Shown here: positions 8,492-19,782 of the stretch, piece after piece
How the letters are laid out: each line of letters opens with the position of its first letter
Numbering within the stretch: position 1 is the first letter of the stretch
Origin: an uncultured Armatimonadia bacterium
Lineage (GTDB): Bacteria; Armatimonadota; Zipacnadia; CAVVLO01
Direction: 5' to 3'
DNA length: 64,000 nt
Assembly: GCA_963749155.1 (NCBI GenBank)
Contig: CAVVLO010000005.1
Location: 320,001 to 384,000 of the forward strand
Notes under the pieces: model-generated
Seen by the model: the letters and a program-made list of their open reading frames with translations, nothing else
Told to the model about the DNA's origin: nothing
The model's database searches: none
Translations under genes and position numbers: made by a program

Positions 8492-10934
8492 GAATATGTC
8501 AGAGCTGTTAGGCAAGTTTACCGAAAAAACACGCGAGGTCTTCGCCCTCTCGCAGGAGTTGCTGACGAGATACAGGCATTACGAACTGGACTCTGACGAA
8601 CTCTTGCTTGCGATGCTTTTGCAAGAAGAAGGCCTGGCGCCCGAGGTGCTGCGCGAGGCAGGCGCCAATGTCGGCGAGCTGACAAGCCTGGCCGAGCAGT
8701 CCGTCTCCGCCAAGCCGCAGATGCAGGTACAGGGCAACCAGCCGCAGATTTATATGGCTTCAGGGTGCCTCTCCCTGCTTGAAGGCGCGCTTCAGAAAGC
8801 CGACTCGATGAAGGACGAATTCGCTGGCGTCGAGCATCTTTTGCTTGCGATGCTGGACTTCCCTCAGTCGCCCGCGGGGCGTCTGCTTGCGCGCGCAGGG
8901 GTCACGCAAGATCGCCTCTTTTCGGCTTTGAAAACTGTGCGCGGCAGCACCAACGTGACCGATGAGCGCGGCGACCAGAAGTACAATATGCTCAAGAAAT
9001 ATGGCCGTGATCTGACCGAACTGGCCCGGGCTGGCAAGCTCGACCCCGTGATTGGGCGCGATAAGGAGATCCAGCGCACCATACAGATACTCTGTCGGCG
9101 CACCAAAAACAACCCGGTGCTGATTGGCGACCCGGGCGTTGGCAAGACGGCCATCGCCGAGGGGCTTGCGCAGCAACTTGCAGATGGCAAAGTGCCTGAC
9201 GATCTGCGTAACAAGAAACTCATCCAGCTCGATATGTCGGCGCTGGTGGCGGGAACGAAGTTCCGCGGCGAGTTCGAGGAGCGCCTCAAGGCCGTTATGG
9301 ACGAGATACGCGCCTCGCATGGAGAGCTGATTACCTTCATTGACGAGCTGCATACCGTCGTCGGCGCGGGCGGGGCCGAAGGCGCGATTGACGCCTCCAA
9401 TATGCTCAAGCCTGCCCTTGCGCGCGGCGAGTTGCAATGCGTCGGCGCGACGACGCTCGATGAGTTCCACAAGCATATCGAGAAGGATCCAGCCCTCGAG
9501 CGACGCTTCCAGCAGGTGTATATCGAAGAGCCCGACCCGGAGACGGCAGTCGCCATCTTGAAAGGGCTTGCCCCGCGTTATGAGGCGCACCACAAGGTAA
9601 AGCTGCCTGATGAGGCGCTGGAGGCCGCGGTTAAGCTTTCGCATCGCTACATCCAGGGGCGCTTTCTGCCGGACAAGGCGATAGACCTGATGGATGAAGC
9701 CGCCGCGCGAGTGCGCCTTACCACCCAGCAGCAACCCGACGACCTGAAGCAACTTGAGCGCCAACTCCAGCAGATTACAGAAGCCGGCAAGCAGGCTGTC
9801 TCGGTTGAAGACTGGGCCAAGGCAAAACAACTTGCGGAAGAGGCCGAACGTATCAAGGCCGAGTATCAGCAAGCGCGCGGCGCCTGGGAAGCCGAACATC
9901 AAGTGCGCGATGAGGTCACAGCCGATGACATCGCTGACATCGTGGGCGAGTGGACAGGAATCCCCGTCAGTCGGCTGCTGGAATCCGAACAGGACAAACT
10001 GCTCACTATGGAAGACCGCCTTCACGAGCGAGTCCGTGGTCAGGACGAAGCCGTTCGCGCGGTCTCGGAGGCAGTCAGACGGGCGCGTTCGGGGATGCAG
10101 GATGCCCGCCGGCCAATAGGCTCTTTTCTCTTCCTTGGCCCGACGGGTGTAGGGAAGACCGAACTTGCGCGCGCGCTGGCGCAGTTCCTCTTCGATGACG
10201 AGGACGCCCTGGTGCGACTCGATATGTCCGAGTATCAGGAGAAGCACACCGTTGCGCGGCTGATTGGCGCCCCTCCTGGTTATGTCGGGTACGAAGAAGG
10301 CGGTCAGCTGACCGAGACAGTCCGGCGCCGGCCTTATTCGGTCGTGCTGCTGGATGAGATTGAGAAGGCCCATCCGGACGTGTTCAATGTGCTGCTACAA
10401 CTGCTTGACGATGGTCGTCTGACCGATGGCCAGGGGCGGACAGTAGATTTCCGCAACACTGTGGTCCTTATGACCAGCAATGTCGGCAGCCAGCGCATCC
10501 AGCAACTGACTGAAGAAGGTAGCGCCTACGAGGCGGTCTACGAGGCGGTGATGGACGAACTGAAAAGCTATCTCCGTCCCGAGCTGCTCAATCGGATCGA
10601 CGAGGTAATCGTCTTTCACACACTGGACAGGTCGCTCATCAAGGAGATAGTGGACATCCAGCTTGCGCGCGTGGCCAAGCAACTTGCAGAGCAGGACTTG
10701 AAGCTCGAAGTACGCGAACCGGCGCGAGAGTTCCTGGCTGAGCGCGGCTACGATCCCGTCTATGGCGCCAGACCGCTTAAGAGGGCCATCCAGCGTTATA
10801 TGCAGAACGAACTGGCCAGCCGCCTGCTGCGCCGAGAGTTCCTGCCCAAGGATACAATTGTGGTGGACGAGGCTGATGGCAAGCTGACCTTCGCGGCCAG
10901 GTCGCGCGTCGAGACTGAATCCAGCTCGGAGTAA
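8484..10934 (+). CDS. clpB: Hsp100/Clp ATPase (ClpB/ClpC-like)
   Basis: Clp_N repeats; two AAA+ modules ([16 protein letters not shown]); short UVR-type middle domain. Start 8484 or 8496. Confidence 0.88.
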   Translation: MYRNMSELLGKFTEKTREVFALSQELLTRYRHYELDSDELLLAMLLQEEGLAPEVLREAGANVGELTSLAEQSVSAKPQMQVQGNQPQIYMASGCLSLLEGALQKADSMKDEFAGVEHLLLAMLDFPQSPAGRLLARAGVTQDRLFSALKTVRGSTNVTDERGDQKYNMLKKYGRDLTELARAGKLDPVIGRDKEIQRTIQILCRRTKNNPVLIGDPGVGKTAIAEGLAQQLADGKVPDDLRNKKLIQLDMSALVAGTKFRGEFEERLKAVMDEIRASHGELITFIDELHTVVGAGGAEGAIDASNMLKPALARGELQCVGATTLDEFHKHIEKDPALERRFQQVYIEEPDPETAVAILKGLAPRYEAHHKVKLPDEALEAAVKLSHRYIQGRFLPDKAIDLMDEAAARVRLTTQQQPDDLKQLERQLQQITEAGKQAVSVEDWAKAKQLAEEAERIKAEYQQARGAWEAEHQVRDEVTADDIADIVGEWTGIPVSRLLESEQDKLLTMEDRLHERVRGQDEAVRAVSEAVRRARSGMQDARRPIGSFLFLGPTGVGKTELARALAQFLFDDEDALVRLDMSEYQEKHTVARLIGAPPGYVGYEEGGQLTETVRRRPYSVVLLDEIEKAHPDVFNVLLQLLDDGRLTDGQGRTVDFRNTVVLMTSNVGSQRIQQLTEEGSAYEAVYEAVMDELKSYLRPELLNRIDEVIVFHTLDRSLIKEIVDIQLARVAKQLAEQDLKLEVREPAREFLAERGYDPVYGARPLKRAIQRYMQNELASRLLRREFLPKDTIVVDEADGKLTFAARSRVETESSSE

Positions 10935-10957
10935 CTGGCCAAGGCCCTTCGACTCGG

Positions 10958-10987
10958 TTGACAACGTCCGGAGGGCTGCCCTATAAT
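10958..10987 (+). promoter_or_regulatory. SigmaA promoter of the tRNA gene
   Basis: TTGACA-18 bp-TATAAT, ending 18 bp before the tRNA. Confidence 0.8.
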
Positions 10988-11005
10988 ATCGCTCGCAGTT
11001 CAGGT

Positions 11006-11081
<76 letters not shown>

Positions 11082-11294
11082 TTCGACTCGCGGCGAGTTG
11101 GCACTCGTCGCTCGCTCATGGCCTTCGGCCGCATCGAAGTGAGTAAGTATCTTCCCCTGAAGAACTCCGCGAGTCGGATGGTGTCCCGAGCGACCACAGG
11201 GAGTCGAGGGGCATTCACAAGACTATATTGGCCTTCGGCCACATCGAAGCAAGTAGGTATATAACTCCGAAAAACCCGCGAGTCGAGGGGCATC
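11082..11294. repeat. REP-like palindromic and direct repeat cluster
   Basis: TTCGACTCG/(C)GAGTCGA(GGGGCAT) motif in both orientations; imperfect direct repeat TGGCCTTCGGCC(G/A)CATCGAAG starting at 11119 and 11229. Confidence 0.7.
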
Positions 11295-11392
11295 TACCAC
11301 TCTGCCTTTTTGTCCGCTCCATCATCTCTGTCATCTCTGTCCTTTCCAGGCCTGCTTAACCTAAGGTGTTACACCACTGGAGGAGCAAATAA

Positions 11393-11674
11393 GTGATCCA
11401 TTATGTCTACATCCTGCTATGCAGTGACGGTACTTATTATGTAGGTTCCACACAGGAGCTCGAGGCTCGAGTCAAGTTACATAATCAGGGGAAGGCGGCT
11501 GCCTATACTGCCCACCGCCGCCCTGTTACCCTCGTCTACTCCGAGGAGCACCCCGACCAGCTTGCTGCGATGCGAAGAGAGCGTCAGTTAAAGGGCTGGA
11601 GTCACCAGAAGCGCGATGCGCTGGTATGCGGCGACTTATCGCTGCTTCACGAACTTAGCAAGCGACGGCGTTAA
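11393..11674 (+). CDS. Small GIY-YIG nuclease (UPF0213/YhbQ-like)
   Basis: HYVYIL.CSDGTYYVGST...R...HN.G.AA.YT..RRPV.LVYSE...AMRRERQLKGW; GGAGGAG RBS. Confidence 0.92.
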   Translation: MIHYVYILLCSDGTYYVGSTQELEARVKLHNQGKAAAYTAHRRPVTLVYSEEHPDQLAAMRRERQLKGWSHQKRDALVCGDLSLLHELSKRRR

Positions 11675-11753
11675 AAGGCCTTTCCCCCGGCAGGAATCCT
11701 CAACTCCGTCATCGAAGCCCCGACCAACTAGCCTGTCGTCAGGAGGGAGGGCC

Positions 11754-12287
11754 ATGTTACCAATTGCGCCTTTGATGATTGAGCACCGGCTGATCGAACG
11801 CCGACTCAGCCTGGCCAGGAGGCAGCTCGCTGACCTCGAAGCAGGGAAGGTGGACGACTCTCTGCTCGTAGATTTCGTGGCGTTTATCCGCCAGTATGCC
11901 GATCACTGCCATCACGGCAAGGAAGAAGACTTGCTCTTTGTTGCGCTAGATGCCAAACCCCTTTCAAGCGATCAGGCAAGAATCCTCGGAGAGCTGCGAG
12001 CAGAGCATATTGCAGGCCGCAAGCTGACACGCGAGCTGGATACCGCGCGCGCCGCTTATCAGCAGGGGGAGTTTGATGCCCTCCAGCCAATCGTTGGACA
12101 CATCCGCCAATTGCTGGATTTCTATCCAAGGCACATCGAGAAAGAAGACCGCAATTTCTTCTTGCCTGTGATGAAGCTTTTTACGCCTGCGGAACAGGAA
12201 GAGCTGTTCAGGGCCTTCTGGGAGTTTGACGCCAGGCTGTACCACGAAGACTGGACGCGTCATGTCAGCGAGCTGGAAGCAGGCTAG
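11754..12287 (+). CDS. Hemerythrin HHE cation-binding domain protein
   Basis: LMIEHRLI, DHCHHGKEE, EHIAGR, HIEKED motifs; GGAGG RBS. Confidence 0.88.
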   Translation: MLPIAPLMIEHRLIERRLSLARRQLADLEAGKVDDSLLVDFVAFIRQYADHCHHGKEEDLLFVALDAKPLSSDQARILGELRAEHIAGRKLTRELDTARAAYQQGEFDALQPIVGHIRQLLDFYPRHIEKEDRNFFLPVMKLFTPAEQEELFRAFWEFDARLYHEDWTRHVSELEAG

Positions 12288-12299
12288 CCCTGGCTTGGC

Positions 12300-13205
12300 C
12301 TAGCCCAGCCTGGCTTCGATCTCGCCGCGGGTGGGCATTGAGTCCATCGCGCCTTCCCGGGTCGTGGAAAGCCCTGCCGCAGTGACCGCGAAGCGCAGAG
12401 CGGCCTCCAACTGCTGCCCCTCCGCAAGCGCAACTGCGAGAGTGCCCGCGAAGCAATCGCCGGCTCCCACGGTGTCAATCGGCGCGACCTCGATGGCAGG
12501 CACGCTGACCTCGCCCTCGGCAGTGAAGGCGTGAGCGCCCTCGGCGCCCTTCGTTGTGACAACGAGCTTCGGCCCCTGAGCTAGCGCCCTTCGAGCTGCC
12601 TCTTCCAGTGAGGTTGTATGCTCCATCGCGAGCAGTTCGCCTTCGTTGGGGGTAAAGACATCCACCTGGGCGAGCAACTCGGCCGGCAGCCCACCTTCCG
12701 GCATCGGCGCGGGATTGAGCAATACCTTGCAACCATAGGATCTAGCAAGCGCGACGGTCGCCAGCACGGTCTCCATCGGTATCTCAAGCTGCAACAAGAC
12801 CACCTGAGCGTCTTCAAAAGCAGTCTCCGTAGCCTGGATATGAGCTGGCGAGAGGGCAGAATTGGCTCCCGCGGCGACCGCGATAAGATTTTCGCCGCCT
12901 TCTCCGACCAAAATAAAGGCTACTCCGTTGGGGGTGTCGGGGGCATGGATGGCGTGGCAGAGGTTTATCCCCTCCGAGCGCAGTCTGTCGGCCGAGGTGC
13001 GCCCGAGGTCATCGTCGCCAAGCGCGGTGATGAAGGTAACCTCGGCCCCGGCGCGCGCGGCAGCGACCGCCTGGTTAGCGCCCTTACCGCCCATCACCTG
13101 GCGAAACTCGCCCCCAAGTACCGTCTCGCCGGGGGCGGGGAGATGCGGCACGGCGATGACCATATCCATATTGCTTGAGCCTATGACCAGCACTCGCGCT
13201 TTCAT
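12300..13205 (-). CDS. rbsK: Ribokinase (PfkB family)
   Basis: GSSNMD, GGKGANQAVAAAR, NPAP, NEGE, DTVGAGDCF motifs. Confidence 0.9.
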   Translation of the reverse strand: MKARVLVIGSSNMDMVIAVPHLPAPGETVLGGEFRQVMGGKGANQAVAAARAGAEVTFITALGDDDLGRTSADRLRSEGINLCHAIHAPDTPNGVAFILVGEGGENLIAVAAGANSALSPAHIQATETAFEDAQVVLLQLEIPMETVLATVALARSYGCKVLLNPAPMPEGGLPAELLAQVDVFTPNEGELLAMEHTTSLEEAARRALAQGPKLVVTTKGAEGAHAFTAEGEVSVPAIEVAPIDTVGAGDCFAGTLAVALAEGQQLEAALRFAVTAAGLSTTREGAMDSMPTRGEIEARLG

Positions 13206-15282
13206 GGGGAAGCCTCCTGGTGCTCGTTCTCGGCGCGCTCAATCAAGGCGTTCTGCCAGTGAGGGGCAACTTGCACAAACCGCGCGCTATAGCCGCTGAC
13301 GCGCACGGTCAGGTCGCGGTAACTCTGCGGCTCCGACTGAGCGCGTCGCATTTCATCGGCGCTTGCCAGATTGAAGTGGAGATGCGACCCGCCCAGGCTG
13401 AAGTAGGTGTCTACAAGCTCCCGGATGAGCTTAATGCCCCTTGTTCCTTTCGCGGCGCGTCGGTCCAGCGTGAGGGCGAAGGGGTTGCCGCAAGCAGCCA
13501 GACTGCTGCGCGACATGGGCGGCTGAGGCCATCGCTGCCGTTGGTGAGGTAGTAACGCCCGAGGAAGGTGCCACCCCATAGCTGATCAGGTCGCCCTTCC
13601 GCCTGCCGTCGGGGGAGGGGGTGTCTACCAGCAAGATATCCGCCCCGAAGGCGAAGAAGCCAGGATAAGGCCGCACGCCTCCCTCCAGCCGACTTCTCAA
13701 CACTAGCTGAGCGATAGCAGTCGAGACTTCAGCGGCCAGGGAGTTGGTCGCTTCGTTGTCCTCGCCATATCGCCCTGAGACTTTCTGCACAAGCGCTCGC
13801 AAGGTCTCGTCGGCGAAATCGTCGCTGACAGCCTGGACCAGCTCGTGCCAGGCTATTTCGCGGCGCTCGAAGACCAGCTCTCGAAGGACGTGGAGGCTGT
13901 CGACGACCGTACCAAGGCCGAGGATATTGATGCCAACCAGGTTGAAAGGCGCCGCGCCCGCTTCAAGGGGCAGCCCCTTTTCAACACAACCTCGTATAAG
14001 CAGGCTGCCGAAGGGCGAAGGCGCATGGTCGCGGAAGTAGTTCCAGGCCGCCTGACAGGCCGGCAGCACTTCGTTTGTATACACTGTCTGCACAGTCTTG
14101 ATCCAGCCTGCAAGCAGCTCCTCGAAGCTAGCCGGAGCAAGGGAAGGAGAAACGCTCAGATAGCGATAAAGCGCTTCGACCAGGTTCAATCGGGCTAGCA
14201 CCGTATTGGGGTAGCTGTCTCCATCCGGACAAGCCTCATAGCAACCGACAACGGCCCAGTCGCGCGCCCGGTCAAGCGGGATGCCGACCTGCACGAGGCC
14301 CGCGATGACGACCGGATCGTTCATAAAGCCGGGGTTGCCGGTGCCGACGGCGGCAAGTTCCGCAGCGGCCTGCGCGAAGTCCGGGTCCATCCCGTCATGC
14401 CAGCGGACAGTCAGACTTGGTTGGAAAGTCTTCAGCGACTTCATCGCTGCCAGGAAGAGTAGCGACAGCGGGTTGCTTGCGTCCGCGCCTGTCTCGTCCA
14501 CCCCGCCAAGCACGAGGTTTTGGCTCTCCTCGCCCTCGCAGCACTTGATGAGGAAGGCCCCCACCAGGTCGAAAGCTGCCTGGCTAGTCGAGCCGGCCAG
14601 CCAGAAGGTCAGCATATAGCAGGGGCCAGAGATGCAGGTCCAGCCGGCCGAAGGAGAGGGCCGCTGAGGGATTCTCCGCATGAAGGAAGCACTGCGCCAG
14701 CCACACCAGTTGCAGCCCTTCAGCGAAGGTGGCCGGCGCGCGGTCAGTGAGAGCTCGCAACTCGGGACGCGCCTCGGCGTGACGCTGAAGGTAAAGCGCG
14801 AAGGCATCCAGTGCTTGCTTGAAGCCGGCCAGGTTGGTGTTTTGGGGGGCTTCTTCGACCTTCTCCTTCAGCCCAGACACGCCCAGCTGGATTAGCGTCT
14901 CGAAGTCGTGGACGATGTGGCCGGTGGTGCCGGCGTAACCGAGCTGCTGCAACTCCGCGATGACCTCGGGCGTCCACGGCCTGCCCTGGTGCTTTTGAGA
15001 ACCGACGATATATTCGTCCGGCTCGACTCGGACGATAGCCCGCTGCGCGAACTCGACGAGGAGCCTGGCGCGCCGCAGAATCGCCGGCTGGCCGCTAGTG
15101 GCTCGATAAGCGGCAAGGCAGGCCTGTTCGCGAGCGTCCACCTCGTCATCTTCGTACCAGATCTGCCTGCCAAGTTCGGCGTAGCGCTGCTGAAAGCGCT
15201 GATGCAACCTTGCAAGGCGCGCCGAAGGCTGCAGCGCGCGCAGGCTCTCCCAGTCCAGTTTTAGCTCACCGGTTTGGTTCAT
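13202..15282 (-). CDS. Glycyl radical enzyme (PFL2/glycerol-dehydratase-like family), frameshifted near 14585 and 13505
   Basis: Three consecutive ORF pieces carry SFGRLD, Cys loop WAVVGCYE, TPSPDGRR and glycyl-radical motif LTVRVSGYSARF. Confidence 0.85.
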
Positions 15283-15299
15283 CCTGATTCCTGCTGGAG

Positions 15300-16355
15300 T
15301 CAGCTCCAGCCCAGCTCGTAGCCAGCCTCATACAGCGCGACGACGTTCTCGGCAGGGCCTACCGCCTGGATATTATGACAGGGGGCGATGATATACCCGC
15401 CGCCCGCGCCCAGCACCTGCAAGTTGTAGGCTACTTCCTCGCGCACTTCTTCTACCGTGCCGAAAGGCAGTGTGTATTGGTTGTCTACCGCGCCGTGGAA
15501 GACCAGCTTGTCGCCAAAATCGCGCTTGAGCCCTTCGCGCTCCATCCCGATGCAGCGCCACTGGACGGGATTGAGTACATCGAAGCCAAGGGCCACGAGG
15601 TCGGGCAGGATATCCCTTACTGCTCCATCCGTGTGGTGGAAAACATAAGCGCCTGCCGAATGAACCAGGTCTATCATCCGCTTCATATGGGGATGGAAGA
15701 ACTCGCGCATCTGCCTGGGAGAATACATCAGTGCCTCCTGCCCGCCCACGTCTTCGGCGACATAGGCGAACAGCACCTGGCCTGGGGCAGCCTCGAATAT
15801 ACGCTGGGTAGTCTGATAGGCCAGATCGTACAGCTTGCCCAGGCAATAGTGCACGATATCAGGGTTCTCGATCAGGTCGATAAAGGCCTGTTCCTCCCCG
15901 CGCAGCAGCTTGTAAAGGAGGAAAGGCTCCGACCCGCCGCCCCGGATAGGCTCGTGCTCGTGGCCCTTTACCTGGGCAGAGATAACCGAGAAGTCGAACC
16001 AGTCGATTGAGGGCCAGGTGTAGCTGGCTTCTATCTCCTCGACAGTCTCATACTCGGCCAGTGGCGAGTTGATGGCCTCGGTATACACGCCAGTGCCATA
16101 ATCCACGGTGCGGTGCTTCAGGCCGTAGATATCCTCGCCCTCGGGCGGCGTAGGGCCAACATAGGCCGGGCCAATATTGTAGGGCAGGTCTATATGCAGC
16201 TGCTTCAGCATCGTGGGGAAATCGCAGCCCAGGTGCGCGAGCAGCTTGTTTGTAGCCTCGCCAGTGGCCCAGTAATCCATCGGCACCCGGTCGGGAGTTT
16301 GTCTTGAAAGCACGGCCGTCCAGCGCTCTCGCGGAGTCATTGTTTCAGTTGGCAT
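15300..16355 (-). CDS. Uroporphyrinogen decarboxylase / MtaA-CmuA family protein
   Basis: MTPRER...PDRVP, FHHTDG, LNPVQ, FHGAVD, GGGYIIAPCHN. Confidence 0.85.
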   Translation of the reverse strand: MPTETMTPRERWTAVLSRQTPDRVPMDYWATGEATNKLLAHLGCDFPTMLKQLHIDLPYNIGPAYVGPTPPEGEDIYGLKHRTVDYGTGVYTEAINSPLAEYETVEEIEASYTWPSIDWFDFSVISAQVKGHEHEPIRGGGSEPFLLYKLLRGEEQAFIDLIENPDIVHYCLGKLYDLAYQTTQRIFEAAPGQVLFAYVAEDVGGQEALMYSPRQMREFFHPHMKRMIDLVHSAGAYVFHHTDGAVRDILPDLVALGFDVLNPVQWRCIGMEREGLKRDFGDKLVFHGAVDNQYTLPFGTVEEVREEVAYNLQVLGAGGGYIIAPCHNIQAVGPAENVVALYEAGYELGWS

Positions 16356-16474
16356 CGGAAAGCCTCCTGTATCCCGCAGGCGGGATTTGATATAGAGTAT
16401 TGAATCTAGTTTCGCCCTGGCTTGCTCGAAGCCTTCTGGAGTTAATCAATTACCTGCCTGGGAGGGTGGGCCAT

Positions 16475-19400
16475 ATGCATCAATCGTTGCTGGCGCTTTT
16501 GCTGATATTGGTTTTAGCAGGGGCAGGAAGAACCGCTGCTCCTTACGTTATCGAAGCCGACTTTGGTCGCGCGGAGCTGTCAGCCGAGGCGCCAGCTCTG
16601 GACAAGCTGGTGCTGCGTAACCAGTCAGGGCAATTGGAGCCCCAATCCTTGCTCTCGCCTCAGGGCTACCTGTGGCAGCGCGGCTTTATGACCTGGGGCA
16701 CCCAGGCCTACACCTATGTTGTGGATGCAGCTGGCACCCGGTATGAGAGTCGTTTCAGCCCCGCGCAGGTGGTTGACACAGGCCTGGGCACAGTGAGACT
16801 GGAAGGCGTGACCTTGCGTTCTGCTCCTGATGCGCCGCCAGTCGCCGAGGAGACCTGGACCCTTTCAACCAGGGCTAACGAGTTGATTTGGCAGGTAGAA
16901 CGCCGGTGGCTTGTGGACTTCGAGGCACGTTTCGAAGGCTCGCCGGCCCTCTTCTTCAGCAACCGACCGGTCGACCCAGCCACTTCGGGAGTGCTGCCCA
17001 ACTGCGTCACGACTACCCTCTGGTACGACCCTGACAGGATGAAGGCCAGTTTCGATCCTTATTACCGGTCGCCTATGCATGGCGCGCAGTACAAGATGAG
17101 CCTGAACAATACGCAACTCCTCCTCGACCGTGATCCTTGGGCCATCGTCAAGCTCTGGACCAACTGGCATAACGAGATGGAACCCCGCGTCGAGGTCGAG
17201 GGCGGTTATCTCTACAGGCGAGGGTGCTTTGCGTGGTTGAGTGAGATTGGCGCGGTCAGCAACTGCGCTAACGGCAGTAGCCACAAGCAGGGCGATATCG
17301 AGCAAACCGAGCTTGCTCTGAGTCCCCTGCCCAAGACTGAGAGTGGCTATCAACTGGAAGCCGAGGTGCCCGACAAGGCACTGCAGCAGGTAGTCCAGAG
17401 TATCTACACCTCGCTCCTTAATGGGGGCGTAGTTAATGACCAGGCTGGTTATGACTTCGGTAATGAATCAGACGGCTGGTATTACAATGGCTCTCCCTGG
17501 ATGCAGGGCTTCGCTCTGGAAGCAGGCATACCGGCCGAGGGACAGCTTTCCAGCGCTTCTTTCGATGTGGCAAGTGGCTTCCGCAAGCACCTCTCGCGCA
17601 TCTTCGGCACCGTGCAGGCGGATGGGCGCAGCAACTTCGGCTATGACTCGAGCGGCGAATTCGTGGACAGCCTGGTGAACACGATAATCGGTACAAGAGC
17701 CTATCTCGTCCACACGGGCGACCTGGCTTTCGTGCGGCAGTACCTGCCGACGATGGAGCATATGATCAAATACTTTATCGACAGGCGCAACGCCGATGGG
17801 CTATATGACCTGGGGCCCTCGGGCCACTGGTATTATGACGCGATGCCGACCTCCGGCGTGAATGCCAACCACAATGCGCTGTTCTACAAGGCGCTGCTGG
17901 ACCTTGCCGAGATGGAACGCGCGGCTGGTCGAGGCCCCGAAGCTGCCCGCTACGAGCGCGCGGCTGCCCAAATCAAGGCCTCCTTTGCGAAAGTGTTCTG
18001 GAATCCCGACGCCCCAGGAGGGCCGCGCCTGTCCGACTGGATCGCCTATGACGGAGAGAAGGTCACCTACGCAGCCGACGTGTGTCAGTTCCCAGCGGTA
18101 ACGCTTGGACTACTTTCGGAGGAGCAGGCAAGCCTGCTACTTGCGACTCTTGATGCTCGCATAACAGAGCTAGAGCGCGATTATGGCTACACCGGGGCCG
18201 GTTCGCTGTCGGCCTATTGGCCCGTGCCTGACCACATCAACTATCTGCTCGTGTGGCAGCGCAACTTTCCCAGTATACATGAACTGCGGCAGCTTCCTGG
18301 CGCAGACCTACTGGGAAGTGATGGCGCGCGCCTGGGCAGGCGACAGGGCCGGGGCGCTCGAGCGGCTCGAGAAATGGGGCCAGGCAGGCCTTGAGCACAG
18401 CTTTATGGGTAATAACTGGCTTCAGGTGGACGGCAAAATTGGGTTCGGGGCAAGCGATGAACCCTATCTCTCCGACCTGATTGCCGTGCCGGCTGCGCTG
18501 GTGCAGGGACTCCTTGGGGTGGAGCTCTCCTGGGACAAGCTGGAGGTAAATCCTCGTCTTCCCGAAGGCTGGCGCGAGGCCAGCCTTGACGTGCTGTGGA
18601 AGGGCCAGATTCAACATATCGCTATACAAGATGACCAGGTGACCATCACTCCTGGAGAGCAGGTTTTCATACCTACGAAGACGATGGAATGGGAATTGAC
18701 TTCGGCCTATGCCGCCTGAGTGGGGCGGGCTGACGGTGACCCGCCACTGGGCCACAGGCGACAGGTGGCAGACCAGCAAGGATGTCAGCGTGAACGGCGG
18801 GCAATTCATCTCACTGGAGCGTGAGAAGCCAGAGGGGCCGCTTGTCGGGTTATGGCAGTTTGAAGCGGACGGCGCCGACTCCAGCGGCTGGGGCGCTGAA
18901 ACCAGGGTTCAGGGGGCCGTCCAGTTTGGCGCTGAGGGGCATATCGAAGGTAGCCAGGCGATTGCTGTAGATGGGGCAAGCTGGCTTGCGGCCAGCTATG
19001 CTTCCCACCTCGATTTCTCGGCTGAGGAGAGCTTTACCCTTGAGGCCTGGTTCAAGACGGATTCGCCCGAGAACCAGGTGCTGATGGCGCGTCCTGGCGC
19101 CTACTGTCTGGGCACGAAGGACGGCAAGCTCACCGGCTGGGTTATGCAGGATGGGGTCATATTCCGCGAGGCGCAGGGCAAAGCGCCAGTCAACGATGGC
19201 GCCTGGCATCACGCCGCGCTGGTCGTGGACCGGGAGGCCCAACAACTCAATCTTTATCTTGATGGGCAACTGGACAACTCCCAGGCAGTGGATATCAGCC
19301 CGATTGGGCTCTCGACTTCGAAGGAGCCCCTCTCCATCGGGAGTTTCGGGGGAAGCTTCAACTTTGCAGGAGCAATCGATGAGGCGCGCGTGACTCGCGG

Positions 19401-19779
19401 AGCGCTGGCGCCCGCAGAACTCGGCTTCAACCAGGCCTGGGAAGCTATCACGCCAGTGGTGCGGCTCTATCCTGCAAGCGGCTGGTACCAGAGCGAGGTT
19501 TTCGATTGGGGGCAGCCAGTGCAGCTCCAACAGGTGGAGCTGGACTTCGTGACTAACGGAGGAGCGCTTGGCCTGGTAGTAGAGACCTCGGATGACGGCT
19601 TTACAAGCGTGAAAGAGACTCTCCAAAAGCCTCTGAAGGCCGGTCAACAAAGCCTCAAGCTGGACAAGATGCGGCCTGCGCGCCAGGTGCGCCTCAGGTT
19701 CGAGTTCGAAGCGAGCCCTGATGGGCAGGCCAGCCCGCAGTGCTTCTATATGCGGCTGCGGGGCGAGGTGGCAGACTAG
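16475..19779 (+). CDS. Large secreted six-hairpin glycoside-hydrolase-like protein with a LamG domain, frameshifted near 18270 and 18712
   Basis: Signal peptide; (alpha/alpha)6-type region (YLVHTGDLAF, NALFYKALLDLAEM); LamG region (FTLEAWFK, DGAWHH, LYLDG, F.GAIDE). Confidence 0.7.
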
Positions 19780-19782
19780 CCG

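Noticed and set aside
8760..10373. Long antisense ORFs (also 4620-5645, 42493-44202, 47570-48763, 56737-58047 and others)
   Set aside because: Shadows of conserved high-GC genes on the opposite strand, with no recognisable motifs
11082..11294. CRISPR array
   Set aside because: Only two imperfect direct repeats, no unique-spacer regularity and no cas genes
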